A DNA stretch of 64,000 nt from the NCBI GenBank assembly GCA_964424775.1, contig CAYRJZ010000002.1:141806-205805 (forward strand), read 5' to 3'. The position numbers were made by a program, and so were the translations under genes. Positions within the stretch are counted from its first letter, which is position 1, and the number at the start of each line of letters is the position of its first letter. Below, in pieces: positions 18,334 to 28,117 of this stretch. The DNA is from an uncultured Gammaproteobacteria bacterium. Its GTDB lineage: Bacteria > Patescibacteriota > Microgenomatia > Levybacterales > UBA12049. The notes under the pieces were generated by a model. That model was not told where the DNA came from. It did no database searches and saw only the letters and a program-made list of their open reading frames with translations.

Positions 18334-19799
18334 AAAGATATACTTCTTTGATCCCACTTTTTATCGTTAGTATTATTCTTCTTGGTGCTTTTTTTCTTAT
18401 GGCATATAAGCTTGAGACTCATATGATGTTTATAGGTGATTTTGGATGGTTCTATTTAGCCGCGCGAGATATGCTCCTTAACAATAGTATTCCTTTAGTC
18501 AGTATGCCATCTAGTCATCCATGGCTTCATCAAGGACCATTTTGGACCTATATTTTAGGAATTGCCCTGCTACTTGCTGATTTTCATCCATTGATAGGTG
18601 GATATGTAGGGATACTCTTCGGCCTTCTGAGTGTACTTGGTATTTATTTACTTGGAAAAGAACTATTTACCATGAGAGTTGGATTTCTTGCAGCTGCTCT
18701 CTATGCAACTTCGCCGTTAGTGATTATTCATTCTCGTATGCCATATCATACAACCCCAATTCCTTTTTTTGTTTTATGTTATCTTTTTACAATTATAAGA
18801 TGGGTGAGAGGAGATATCCGTTATTTCCCATTCACACTTCTTTTTTTAGGAATCCTTTATAATTTTGAGTTAGCAACTGTTATTCTAGCTTTTCCTTTCA
18901 TATTTCTTATTCTTTATGGACTGTGGAAGAGGGAAAAATATGTAGTGAATTTGTTTTCTAAGAAGATAATAATTCGAAGTCTTCTTTTTTTAATAATCCC
19001 TCTTATCCCTGTTTTAATTTACGATTTTTCTCATGGGTTTCCACAGACTATCAAATTTGTTGCATGGATGGGATATAGAGCATTGCGGGTTTTTGGATTC
19101 CCATCAATACACCCTGAAGAGTATCAAGAAAGTAATTTTGCTATTTTTTTGAATTTTTCTCTACTACTTCATCAACGACTTGTTTTTCTTGTACATTCTG
19201 TAGGAGCAATTTTAATTTCACTGCTATCAATTGGTATTTTGATTAATGGTCTGAGGAAAAGTGGCATAAAGAAGAAAGGCTTTAGCTCTGAATTTATACT
19301 TTCTCTTTTCTTTTTTATCCCAGTTGCTGTCTTTATTGCAAATAGGATCTCGTCTGAAGCGTATGTTCCAATGTTTTTTCCTCAATTTATGGTAGTAATC
19401 GCTTATACATTTCACGAGTTAATGAAGATAAGATATTTAAAATATGGAATTTATCTTATATTGCTTGGAATACTATTTCTAAATCCATTTACTCTTATTC
19501 GTCAAAATTATCTCATGGGAAGCAGAGACGAGGGATATGGAGCTACTTTCACCCAACGTATCACTGTGACAGATGTTATTCAGACGTATGCTAAGGAGCG
19601 CCCATTTAGTCTCAAAGGAGAAGGAAAAGGCAGTGAGTTTGAGAGCCTAACCATGGGATATGAGTATCTATTATGGTGGAAAGGGTCAACTATAATGAAA
19701 GATGCAGATTTAGTCTTCATTATTGAAGAAAAAGAAAGTGATATCTTGTTAAGAATAGAGGATAAAAAAAGAGCAACCAGCTCTGCTGTGTTACAATAA
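18330..19799 (+). CDS. GT-C fold membrane glycosyltransferase (ArnT/PMT-like)
   Basis: The start was moved to the ATG at 18330, which overlaps the previous stop in an ATGA arrangement. Polytopic membrane protein with a loop-1 acidic/aromatic motif (…GDFGWFYLAARDM…). Confidence 0.6.
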   Translation: MKRYTSLIPLFIVSIILLGAFFLMAYKLETHMMFIGDFGWFYLAARDMLLNNSIPLVSMPSSHPWLHQGPFWTYILGIALLLADFHPLIGGYVGILFGLLSVLGIYLLGKELFTMRVGFLAAALYATSPLVIIHSRMPYHTTPIPFFVLCYLFTIIRWVRGDIRYFPFTLLFLGILYNFELATVILAFPFIFLILYGLWKREKYVVNLFSKKIIIRSLLFLIIPLIPVLIYDFSHGFPQTIKFVAWMGYRALRVFGFPSIHPEEYQESNFAIFLNFSLLLHQRLVFLVHSVGAILISLLSIGILINGLRKSGIKKKGFSSEFILSLFFFIPVAVFIANRISSEAYVPMFFPQFMVVIAYTFHELMKIRYLKYGIYLILLGILFLNPFTLIRQNYLMGSRDEGYGATFTQRITVTDVIQTYAKERPFSLKGEGKGSEFESLTMGYEYLLWWKGSTIMKDADLVFIIEEKESDILLRIEDKKRATSSAVLQ

Positions 19800-19806
19800 A
19801 AATATC

Positions 19807-20574
19807 ATGAAGACAAATATTAGTGCAGTAATTCTTACTAAAAATGAAGAGAAAAATATTTCAGATTGTATAGATGCCTTGTCATTTTGTGCAGAAATAA
19901 TTGTTATAGATGATAATTCCAGTGACAAAACTACATCGTTATCAAAGAAGAAAGGCGCAAAAGTTTTTATACATGATCTTGATGGAGATTTTTCAAAGCA
20001 GAGAAACTTTGGGTTAAGTAAAGCACAGGAAGAATGGGTATTATTTATTGATGCTGATGAAAGGGTTAGTAACGAGTTAGCTGATGAAATTTATCAACAG
20101 ACATCACAGTTTCTAACACACTCAACAGCATTCCGAATTAAAAGAGAAGATGTCCTGTGGGGAAAAAGACTTCAGCATGGTGAGGTAGGAAACATGTATC
20201 TTGTGAGATTGATTAAAAAAGGGAAAGGAGAGTGGATTGGGAAAGTACACGAGACTCTTCATACACTTGGAGAAGTACAAACACTAAAAAACCCTCTCTA
20301 TCATTATCCTCATACAGACATTCAAGATTTCCTCAAACAGATAAATATTTATTCGTCACTACGAGCACAAGAGTTAATGGATAAAAAAACACGTATTACT
20401 CCCTTCGAAATCGTATTGTTTCCATTAGGTAAATTCTTGCTCAATTATGTGATAAAACTGGGATTTAAAGATGGTATACCTGGAATAGTGCACGCATTTA
20501 TGATGTCTTTTCATTCATTCTTGGTAAGATCAAAAGCATGGTCACTGCAGCGTGTAAAAAATACTTCTTTTTAA
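19807..20574 (+). CDS. GT2 glycosyltransferase (GtrB/DPM synthase-like)
   Basis: …ISAVILTKNEEKNI…IIVIDDNSSDKT…FIDADERV…. Confidence 0.75.
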   Translation: MKTNISAVILTKNEEKNISDCIDALSFCAEIIVIDDNSSDKTTSLSKKKGAKVFIHDLDGDFSKQRNFGLSKAQEEWVLFIDADERVSNELADEIYQQTSQFLTHSTAFRIKREDVLWGKRLQHGEVGNMYLVRLIKKGKGEWIGKVHETLHTLGEVQTLKNPLYHYPHTDIQDFLKQINIYSSLRAQELMDKKTRITPFEIVLFPLGKFLLNYVIKLGFKDGIPGIVHAFMMSFHSFLVRSKAWSLQRVKNTSF

Positions 20575-20613
20575 ATTACTATTATTCTTTTCCCAGCTAC
20601 TATATAATTTATC

Positions 20614-21327
20614 TTGTTGTATCAATTTAAAATGATTAAATATAAAGGAATATCAACACTAGAAGTACTTGAGGATGCTGTTAATTATAATAAATGGATT
20701 GCTTCTGAAATTAAGCCTTACATAACATTTCCTACACTAGAAATAGGATCAGGCACGGGTAACCTTTCACACTATTTGATAGATAACAATAAAATATCTC
20801 TTTCTGATAACGATAAAGGCTTGGTTGAGCATCTGAAAAAAAGGTTTAAGAGTAACAAAAATATTGAAGTATTACTTTTTGATGTAACAAAAAAAATGAA
20901 AACATCATCAAAATATAATTCAGTATTTGCTATCAATGTACTAGAACATATTAAAGATGATAGAGAAGCTCTCAAAAATATTCACAAGCTCTTATCTTCG
21001 CACGGGTGTTTGGTGCTTCTTGTTCCTGCTAAAAAATTTGCATATACCCAACTTGATGCATCTTTAGGTCATTTTAGAAGGTATGAAAAAGAAGATCTTG
21101 TTTCTAAATTAGAGATGGCGGGATTCGATATTGATAAGATTTACTTTTTTAACATTATTGGACTTGTCAGTTGGAAGATGAGAGCTTTTGTTGAAAAAGA
21201 TAGTACAAGTCTTAAGTCATACCAGGTTAAAATTTTTGATAAAGTGGTGCCATTACTGCAAAAAGTTGAGAAAATAATTCGCCCTCCAATTGGTATTTCA
21301 CTTATTGTTGTTGCACATAAAAAATGA
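20614..21327 (+). CDS. Class I SAM-dependent methyltransferase
   Basis: Motif I LEIGSGTGNLSHYL, then …LKNIHKLLSSHGCLVLLVP…. Confidence 0.65.
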   Translation: MLYQFKMIKYKGISTLEVLEDAVNYNKWIASEIKPYITFPTLEIGSGTGNLSHYLIDNNKISLSDNDKGLVEHLKKRFKSNKNIEVLLFDVTKKMKTSSKYNSVFAINVLEHIKDDREALKNIHKLLSSHGCLVLLVPAKKFAYTQLDASLGHFRRYEKEDLVSKLEMAGFDIDKIYFFNIIGLVSWKMRAFVEKDSTSLKSYQVKIFDKVVPLLQKVEKIIRPPIGISLIVVAHKK

Positions 21328-21429
21328 GAAAAGAAAATACTTCATTTATTCTTTACTTCTGGATATTTGCTGTTCTAATTTATTACCTCTTGACCTTGAT
21401 TTGCAGAGTGAAAAGTTGTACATAAAATA

Positions 21430-23163
21430 ATGAAGGAAAAACTATTCCCAAATTGTCTTTTTTACTTTGTAATAGCGCTTTTCTTTTTTTTCCTGGCAGT
21501 TTTTATTACCTACCCTCTCCTCTTTAACTTGGGAAGTCTTATCAGTGGAATGTCAGATGATTTATTAGTTCCCTGGGTACAACAATGGTCCGTCCATGCA
21601 TTGATGTATAGTCCTCTTAACTTATTCAATGCTCCTACATTTTATCCTCATTCCAATACTTTAGCGTATTCACATTTACAACTCACTTCAACTTTCATCA
21701 GCTGGCTACCATCCATAATGATAAATGAACCTGCTGGCATTTATAACGTTTCTGTTATAGCTAGCTTTTTCTTATCAGGTTTTTCAATATTCCTTTTAAC
21801 CTACTTCCTAACGAAAAATTATATTGCGGCAATTTTATCAGGGGTTCTCTTTATTTTTTCACCAATATTTCTTGACAGAAGAGTCCACATTCAGTTGCTT
21901 GGAATATATGGATTACCACTAAGTGTTCTGGCATTTCTTTACTACATAAAATCAAAAAAAATTATTTATTTTGTACTCACACTTATAATTGTTTTTTTTC
22001 AAAGTTTGAATAATTTTATTACTGGATATTTTATTTTTTTTACTCTTTCCGCTATTTCTATCTTTCAAATAATAGAGCAACGGGAGACTATTAGGCTTCT
22101 CTGTAACAAAAGAACTATTGGAATTTCTGTTATCTTTTTGTTCGCCATTCTACCTTTTGCTTTCCCATATTTCACCGTTTCTCAGGAGTTTGGGTATACA
22201 AGAGACATTCGTGAAACAATTCATACAGCAATCCAGCCAGAAGATCTATTGCATACTAATATTCATAGTAGATTTTATCATTTGTTGAATTCCTTGCCAT
22301 TTAACCAGCATCCTGATGTAAAAAATGGCTTTTTTGGTTTGACCTTTCTTATACTTATTATTTTAAGTGTTATGTGTGCTGTAATTAAAAAACAGAGGAA
22401 CTTAGTTCTTTTTTTAATAATTGGTTTTTTGGGTCTTATATTAAGTATGGGACCTTTTCTTCACTTTGCTCGTCAAACAATTCATCATCCGTTCCCTATA
22501 CCTCTTCCTTATATATTTTTATATTACTTATTACCTGGCTTTCAAGGATTTCGTGATTCAAGTTCTTTCATGATTTTAAGCATTTTTGGCTTTGCGATAG
22601 CAACCGGCATTTTTTTTGATCATCTAAAAATGAATATACACAAACATGCATATGTATTTTTTGCTGTGCTTTTCATGGCATTTGCAATTATTGAGTTTCA
22701 ATTTCCTATACCGTATCAAAAACTTATTTCAAAAAAGGACTTTCCGTATGAGCATAAGTTACTTGTGCAAAGTCCAAAAGATACTACTTATGTAGAAATG
22801 CCGATGTATGTATGGAATATGCAGCCTTATGTTATTGAAGAGACAAAGAGACAATACTACTCAACACTCCATTTTAGAAGATCACTCAATGGTGCGAGTG
22901 GTTTTACACCTCCTCCTTGGGAAGAAAAAGCGTATTGGTTACTCCAAAACTTTCCAAATAAGAATAGCATTAATACGTTAAAAAATTTCAAAATTACATA
23001 TGTTATAGTTCACTTAGACGAATACCAGCAAATGTATAGAGATAACTTTTCACCTCGGGGGAAAAGAGTAAAATCAGCTGAGGAAATAATGGATGAATTA
23101 TCACGTTCTGACCTTGTTTTAGAGAAAAAAGTAGAGAATACACTTATTTATACACTAAAATGA
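21430..23163 (+). CDS. Large polytopic membrane protein, possible GT-C/YfhO-like glycosyltransferase
   Basis: 577 aa with more than 12 transmembrane segments. Has a conserved-looking N-terminal loop (…SGMSDDLLVPWVQQWSVHAL…FYPHSNTLAYSHLQ…). Confidence 0.35.
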   Translation: MKEKLFPNCLFYFVIALFFFFLAVFITYPLLFNLGSLISGMSDDLLVPWVQQWSVHALMYSPLNLFNAPTFYPHSNTLAYSHLQLTSTFISWLPSIMINEPAGIYNVSVIASFFLSGFSIFLLTYFLTKNYIAAILSGVLFIFSPIFLDRRVHIQLLGIYGLPLSVLAFLYYIKSKKIIYFVLTLIIVFFQSLNNFITGYFIFFTLSAISIFQIIEQRETIRLLCNKRTIGISVIFLFAILPFAFPYFTVSQEFGYTRDIRETIHTAIQPEDLLHTNIHSRFYHLLNSLPFNQHPDVKNGFFGLTFLILIILSVMCAVIKKQRNLVLFLIIGFLGLILSMGPFLHFARQTIHHPFPIPLPYIFLYYLLPGFQGFRDSSSFMILSIFGFAIATGIFFDHLKMNIHKHAYVFFAVLFMAFAIIEFQFPIPYQKLISKKDFPYEHKLLVQSPKDTTYVEMPMYVWNMQPYVIEETKRQYYSTLHFRRSLNGASGFTPPPWEEKAYWLLQNFPNKNSINTLKNFKITYVIVHLDEYQQMYRDNFSPRGKRVKSAEEIMDELSRSDLVLEKKVENTLIYTLK

Positions 23164-24782
23164 CATTATTTGTTATTGCGATTGCAGTTATTTTATATTC
23201 ATACACCCTATTTGCTTTAGGACTATTTTCTTCAATTCAAAAAGTTTCAGTAGGATTAGCTACAACTGTTTTTTTCTTTTTCCTTATATTCATTCTCTAT
23301 AAGAGGCTTTTTTATGCAGGTAAACTGATTAGATTTCTATTGAGGCAATTTAAACAAGATAAAGTTACTTATTTTTCATTTTTACTTTGTTTACTTATTA
23401 TTTCTGTTAATTTCATTGGTGCACTTGCACCAGAGTTAAGTTTTGATGCTTTATGGTATCACCTAACAATACCAAAGCTTTATATCATGCAGGAAAAAAT
23501 TTGGTATATTCCGGGGGGACTTTTTTATTACAGTGTGATGCCTAAAATAATTGATGTTCTCTATATAATGCCACTTTTGTTTTTTAACGAAATTGGAGCA
23601 AAACTAATTCATTTCTTATTTGGTATTGGTACATGTATTTCTCTGTATGCGTTGTCGCGACAATTTGTTTCACAAAAAATATCTTTACTTGTTGTACTTG
23701 TTTTTCTTTCGAATCTTGTCGTGTCATGGGAAATGACTGTTGCATATATAGACTTAGGAAGAGGTTTTTTTGAAACATTAAGTGTGTTAGGAATTGTAGT
23801 GTGGATAAAAAAGAAACAAAGTAAGTATCTTTATATATCAGGATTGATGTTAGGTGCGGCTGTTGCCTCGAAATATTTGGCTCTTGTTAGTGTACTGATT
23901 TCTACTTCTTTAATAATATTTATTCTTTTAAAGAAATATAGAAACACAAAACAAGCTGTTATACATCTTCTTATTTATCTTTTTTGCATAATACTTGTTC
24001 CACTCCCTTGGTTGGTCTTTGCCTTTGTTTATACGGGAAACCCTCTCTATCCATCATTTAGCACATCAGTGAATCAAATTATATTTTCATGGAGTCAGTT
24101 ATTACCTTGGTATATGGTGAAGGGGGTATGGAATATGTTTATGAACTCTTCAGACCCTATTTCACCTATATACGTTATCATGACTCCTCTCATTTTCACT
24201 CTTTGGAAAAAGTTTGGAGAAATTGAGAAATATGTTCTTTATTATTCAGTACTTGCAATTGTATTTTTATATTTTCTTCCTCAGATTGGAGGAGGGAGAT
24301 TCCTTTTATCATATCTACCTTTGTTTTCACTCTTATGTGGAATTACATTAAATCGTTTAAAGAGGAAACAACTTGAAATGGTATTGATAGGAGTAATATT
24401 TTTTCTAGCCACTGTAACTGTTGGATATAGATTTGTTGCTCAGTTGAAATATATTCCTGTCATTATAGGAGCGCAGTCACAGCATGAATTTCTAAGTAAA
24501 AACTTAAACTTTACCTTTGGAGATTACTACGATGTTGACAATTTTATGCAAAAGACTATCACAGAAAGTGATACTGTTCTTATCATTGGATCACATAACC
24601 TTTATTATATGAATTTCCCATTTATTCATGAAAGTTATGCAAAAAAAGGAGACACTTTTAATTATATACTCGTTCAACAAAGTGTCCTTCCAGATCGTTT
24701 TAAAAATTTTAAAAAAATATACTCAAACAAAATAACGGGGGTTGATCTGTATATTTCAGGAGGAAAGAAATGGATATACTAA
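23160..24782 (+). CDS. GT-C fold membrane glycosyltransferase (ArnT/PMT-like)
   Basis: Polytopic membrane protein with a loop-1 motif (…ELSFDALWYHLTIPKLY…). Confidence 0.55.
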   Translation: MTLFVIAIAVILYSYTLFALGLFSSIQKVSVGLATTVFFFFLIFILYKRLFYAGKLIRFLLRQFKQDKVTYFSFLLCLLIISVNFIGALAPELSFDALWYHLTIPKLYIMQEKIWYIPGGLFYYSVMPKIIDVLYIMPLLFFNEIGAKLIHFLFGIGTCISLYALSRQFVSQKISLLVVLVFLSNLVVSWEMTVAYIDLGRGFFETLSVLGIVVWIKKKQSKYLYISGLMLGAAVASKYLALVSVLISTSLIIFILLKKYRNTKQAVIHLLIYLFCIILVPLPWLVFAFVYTGNPLYPSFSTSVNQIIFSWSQLLPWYMVKGVWNMFMNSSDPISPIYVIMTPLIFTLWKKFGEIEKYVLYYSVLAIVFLYFLPQIGGGRFLLSYLPLFSLLCGITLNRLKRKQLEMVLIGVIFFLATVTVGYRFVAQLKYIPVIIGAQSQHEFLSKNLNFTFGDYYDVDNFMQKTITESDTVLIIGSHNLYYMNFPFIHESYAKKGDTFNYILVQQSVLPDRFKNFKKIYSNKITGVDLYISGGKKWIY

Positions 24783-25885
24783 AAAGATTATTTATTATTT
24801 TATTTTTTATAACATCATTTTTAATCATGGTTAAAGTCATTGCTGAACCTGATTTTCCAGATTTTCGCGCACACTATTTTGGTGCTCAAAGAATTTTATT
24901 CCATCAAGATCCATATACATTTGATGTACATTATTTTACGAATCAGGCATATCCTCCTTTAGATTATTTAGTATTTATTCCATTTCTTTTTTTTCCATAC
25001 GAAATAGCTGCGAAAATATGGGTAATACTGCTTATACTATTGTTATTAGGTTCACTTATTGTCCTTTTCAACATTTCTCAGAGAAACTACTTTTCAAATG
25101 AATCATTACTTTTATCTTCATTCGTTTTTCTATCATTTCCAGTGAGATTTTCCCTTGGAATGGGACAGATAAATCCCTTTTTATTTCTATTTGTCGTTTT
25201 CATAATTCTAAAACTGCTTGAAAAGAAAGATGCTTTTGCAGGTGTCTTGTCAGCATTTATTTTTCAACTTAAATTTTTTCCTTTACTTTTCATCCCATAT
25301 CTTTTAGCACAGAAACGATTTAAATATTTTTATACAGTTATTTTAACTTCTATCGCCTTAATCTGTATTATGATAGTGCTTCAGATGGTCCCGGAAAATA
25401 TAACTTTCTATAAGGAAATTCTTCCAGGATTACTGACATCATGGAAAGATGACTATTACAACCAAGCAATATCTGGGGTTATTTCACGTTCAACGGATAG
25501 TGAGGAATTAAGACAATTTCTTAAGATAATGTTATCAATGTTTTTGCTTATCACAACTGGACTCGTTGTATTTATAAAGAGAAGAGTAAAGAAGTATCAG
25601 TATCTGATTTTAACAACCTTATTGACACTAAGTCTGCTGATCAATAATTTCTCATGGCAGCATCATTTTATCTTTCTTATTCCTTCATTTTTCGCTGTAT
25701 ATTATTTTATAAAAGAGAATAAACGATCTACACTTTATTTAATATTACTCTTTTTTGCATATATACTTGTATCTTTGAACTTAAAAGAACCGCAGGTTTA
25801 TCCAGTCATTGTTCAGTCTCACGTGTTTTATGGTGGTCTTTTACTATTGTTGTTACAATTATTATTATTGAGGAAAAATGAATAA
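24770..25885 (+). CDS. Polytopic membrane protein (DUF2029/GT87-like candidate)
   Basis: 371 aa and hydrophobic. N-terminal loop …EPDFPDFRAHYFGAQRIL…. Confidence 0.3.
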   Translation: MDILKRLFIILFFITSFLIMVKVIAEPDFPDFRAHYFGAQRILFHQDPYTFDVHYFTNQAYPPLDYLVFIPFLFFPYEIAAKIWVILLILLLLGSLIVLFNISQRNYFSNESLLLSSFVFLSFPVRFSLGMGQINPFLFLFVVFIILKLLEKKDAFAGVLSAFIFQLKFFPLLFIPYLLAQKRFKYFYTVILTSIALICIMIVLQMVPENITFYKEILPGLLTSWKDDYYNQAISGVISRSTDSEELRQFLKIMLSMFLLITTGLVVFIKRRVKKYQYLILTTLLTLSLLINNFSWQHHFIFLIPSFFAVYYFIKENKRSTLYLILLFFAYILVSLNLKEPQVYPVIVQSHVFYGGLLLLLLQLLLLRKNE

Positions 25886-27068
25886 AGTTATTTTATTTCT
25901 CTTATTTAGCTTTTTTGTACTTAATCAAATAGTGCGAATACCAATGACAAGTGCAGTAGTTATTAATCCACTTGATGTGGTGGTAGTGATTGCAGTATTT
26001 GTTACATTTATAAAAAAAAGTAAGAACCGTGAAGTTTTATCTAACATTGAGAAATATCTACTTTTTCCGCTTGGATTATTTGTAGGAGTAGGTCTGCTTG
26101 GACTGTTTATCAATCCATGGCTACCGCAGTTTGCGCTTTTACCTTCCATACTCTATCTTTTGCGATGGGTAGTATATATGCTGTTTTTTTATTATATTTA
26201 TTCTCTTTCCATCAGAGATACAAAGATTACGCGAATCTTTATGGTTTTAAGTGGAGGGGTCATTACTTTTTTAGGTTTTCTCCAATACTTCTACTATCCC
26301 GATCTTAAAAATTTGTATTACCTTGGTTGGGATGATCATCTTTATAGGCTTTTTTCAACTTTCCTGGATCCAAATTTTGCAGGTGCATTTTTTGTTTTAT
26401 TCAGCTTTTATTTACTCCTTTTTATCAAATTGAATGAGAGGAAATTTTCTTTTTTAAATATTCTGACATTTTTTCTTTATATAATGAGCATCGTAGCGAT
26501 ATATCTCACTTACTCACGTACTGCATTTGTTATGTTATTTGTTGGCACTCTCATATTTCTTTCTCTTCATCGTCAATTTAAAGTGCTTTTCTTCTCAATA
26601 TTTGTATTGGTAGCTCTTTTTTTCATTTTTGCAGGAGAGTTGGAAGGGTTAAATCCACTTCGTATAGCTTCAGTAAATGCTCGAATTGAGTCATCATTGA
26701 ATGCTTTTTCAATATTTCTTTATCATCCAGTAGTTGGAGTGGGGTTTAATGCATACAGATTTGCTCAAATTCATTTTGGTTTTAGAGGAGGAGAGAGTGC
26801 CTTTATGAGTCATGCAGATGCATCAACAGACAATAGTTATCTTTTTATTTTAGCAACAACAGGAATAGCAGGGCTTGCTTGCTTTATTTTTTTGTGGAGA
26901 AGAATTGTTAGTCTTTTCAAAAATACAGGAATAAAAGAGAGAAGTGTTGTATACGCATCTTTAGGAGCGTTTTTTGTTGGAAGCCTTTTTACCAATTTAT
27001 TATTTTATTCACCCCTTTTACTTTGGATAATGCTTCTGTGTGGTACTACTCTGAATAAGAAATCTTAA
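25878..27068 (+). CDS. O-antigen ligase/polymerase-like (Wzy_C domain) membrane protein
   Basis: …YSRTAFVMLFVGTL… followed by a large loop with a conserved His/Arg and …LATTGIAGL…, which is typical of WaaL/Wzy_C. Confidence 0.5.
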   Translation: MNKVILFLLFSFFVLNQIVRIPMTSAVVINPLDVVVVIAVFVTFIKKSKNREVLSNIEKYLLFPLGLFVGVGLLGLFINPWLPQFALLPSILYLLRWVVYMLFFYYIYSLSIRDTKITRIFMVLSGGVITFLGFLQYFYYPDLKNLYYLGWDDHLYRLFSTFLDPNFAGAFFVLFSFYLLLFIKLNERKFSFLNILTFFLYIMSIVAIYLTYSRTAFVMLFVGTLIFLSLHRQFKVLFFSIFVLVALFFIFAGELEGLNPLRIASVNARIESSLNAFSIFLYHPVVGVGFNAYRFAQIHFGFRGGESAFMSHADASTDNSYLFILATTGIAGLACFIFLWRRIVSLFKNTGIKERSVVYASLGAFFVGSLFTNLLFYSPLLLWIMLLCGTTLNKKS

Positions 27069-27756
27069 TTTCTTTTTCTGATAAATTTCCTGCATCTGTG
27101 ATTGCCTTTATCTTAATCGTATTCTCACCATTTCTCAGTGGCAATTTATAGTTGAAATTACCTTGATCATCGACCCTTGCATTAAACCCATTTATCGTTA
27201 CTTCTGCATCAATAGAAACTGTCCCTTCAATTGAGAGGGGATTACGATCTTTGTTAACACTTTCTCCATCACGCGGAGCAATGATCTCTATTAGTGGTAC
27301 TTCAGTTGTAAAGATAATAGTATTCGTTTCAGAAAATTTACTTTCTATTTTATCTTCAGTTATTGCTTTCACTTTAATCATATTTTCACCTTCTTCGAGT
27401 TCAATATCATTAAATTGGAATGACCCGTCAGATGATATCTTTTCAGTGTCTACTGCCTTACCATTGAGATAAAGACGAACGTTTTTCCCAGAATATGAAC
27501 TTCCTGTTACACTGAGAAGAGCACTATTTGTGGCTTTCGAGAGAGGATCAAGGGAAGGAGTTGCAACAATTGCTTGTGAAGAAGACTGCGACTCAGTTGA
27601 ATCACTCTTTCTTTCAACGAAAAGACTAAAGTTGACGAGGAGGTTTGTTCCAATTGTGAGTGCTAGCAATATGAGAAATAATATACCTCCAGCAATAAGA
27701 AGAATATTTCTTTTTGTCTCCTTTTCTAGCTTATGATTTATTCTTGACCTAGGCAT
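27046..27756 (-). CDS. Membrane-anchored surface protein with two tandem bacterial Ig-like repeats
   Basis: N-terminal transmembrane segment. An internal repeat of about 80 aa (…NGKAVDTEKISSDGSFQFNDIELEEGENMIKVKAITE… and …NGFNARVDDQGNFNYKLPLRNGENTIKIKAITD…). Its 3' end overlaps the ligase gene convergently by 23 nt. Confidence 0.45.
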   Translation of the reverse strand: MPRSRINHKLEKETKRNILLIAGGILFLILLALTIGTNLLVNFSLFVERKSDSTESQSSSQAIVATPSLDPLSKATNSALLSVTGSSYSGKNVRLYLNGKAVDTEKISSDGSFQFNDIELEEGENMIKVKAITEDKIESKFSETNTIIFTTEVPLIEIIAPRDGESVNKDRNPLSIEGTVSIDAEVTINGFNARVDDQGNFNYKLPLRNGENTIKIKAITDAGNLSEKEIKISYSE

Positions 27757-27763
27757 AATCTGG

Positions 27764-27828
27764 AGCCGATGGCCGGATTTGAACCGCGGTTTACGATACC
27801 GCTGCTCTACCAGCTGAGCTACATCGGC
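27764..27828 (-). tRNA. tRNA-Thr(CGU)-like; CCA would extend it to 27761
   Basis: On the minus strand it reads GCCGATG-TA-GCTC-AGCTGGTA-GAGC-A-GCGGT-ATCGTAA-ACCGC…TTCAAAT-CCGGC-CATCGGC-T-CCA. The acceptor, D-arm and anticodon arm are all perfect. By hand-folding, the variable loop / 5' T-stem region is about 8 nt short. Confidence 0.45.
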
Positions 27829-27869
27829 GTAAGGCTATTCTATGAAAAAATATGCGATTGCGCAATAAA

Positions 27870-28115
27870 TTACTCATGAGATTCCCAAGAAAGAGGTGAT
27901 GCTACATCAATAAAAGGAAAGTCTTCTTGTGTTAAACAGTATATATCTGATCTGAATCTGTTTTTTTTTGCTTCAAATACTGTTTGGTCTATAACTATTC
28001 CCTCGTGAGAAATTGAATTCGTAGTTGGCTTTTGGGACTCAGGGCGAAAGTTTAGGAGTGAACCATCAGGACGATATGAATGTGAAGACTTACGAAAGTG
28101 TATAATTTCTCCCAT
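27870..28115 (-). CDS. Hypothetical small protein
   Basis: 81-aa ORF between atpC and the tRNA with no recognisable motif. It may be non-coding. Confidence 0.2.
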   Translation of the reverse strand: MGEIIHFRKSSHSYRPDGSLLNFRPESQKPTTNSISHEGIVIDQTVFEAKKNRFRSDIYCLTQEDFPFIDVASPLSWESHE

Positions 28116-28117
28116 GC

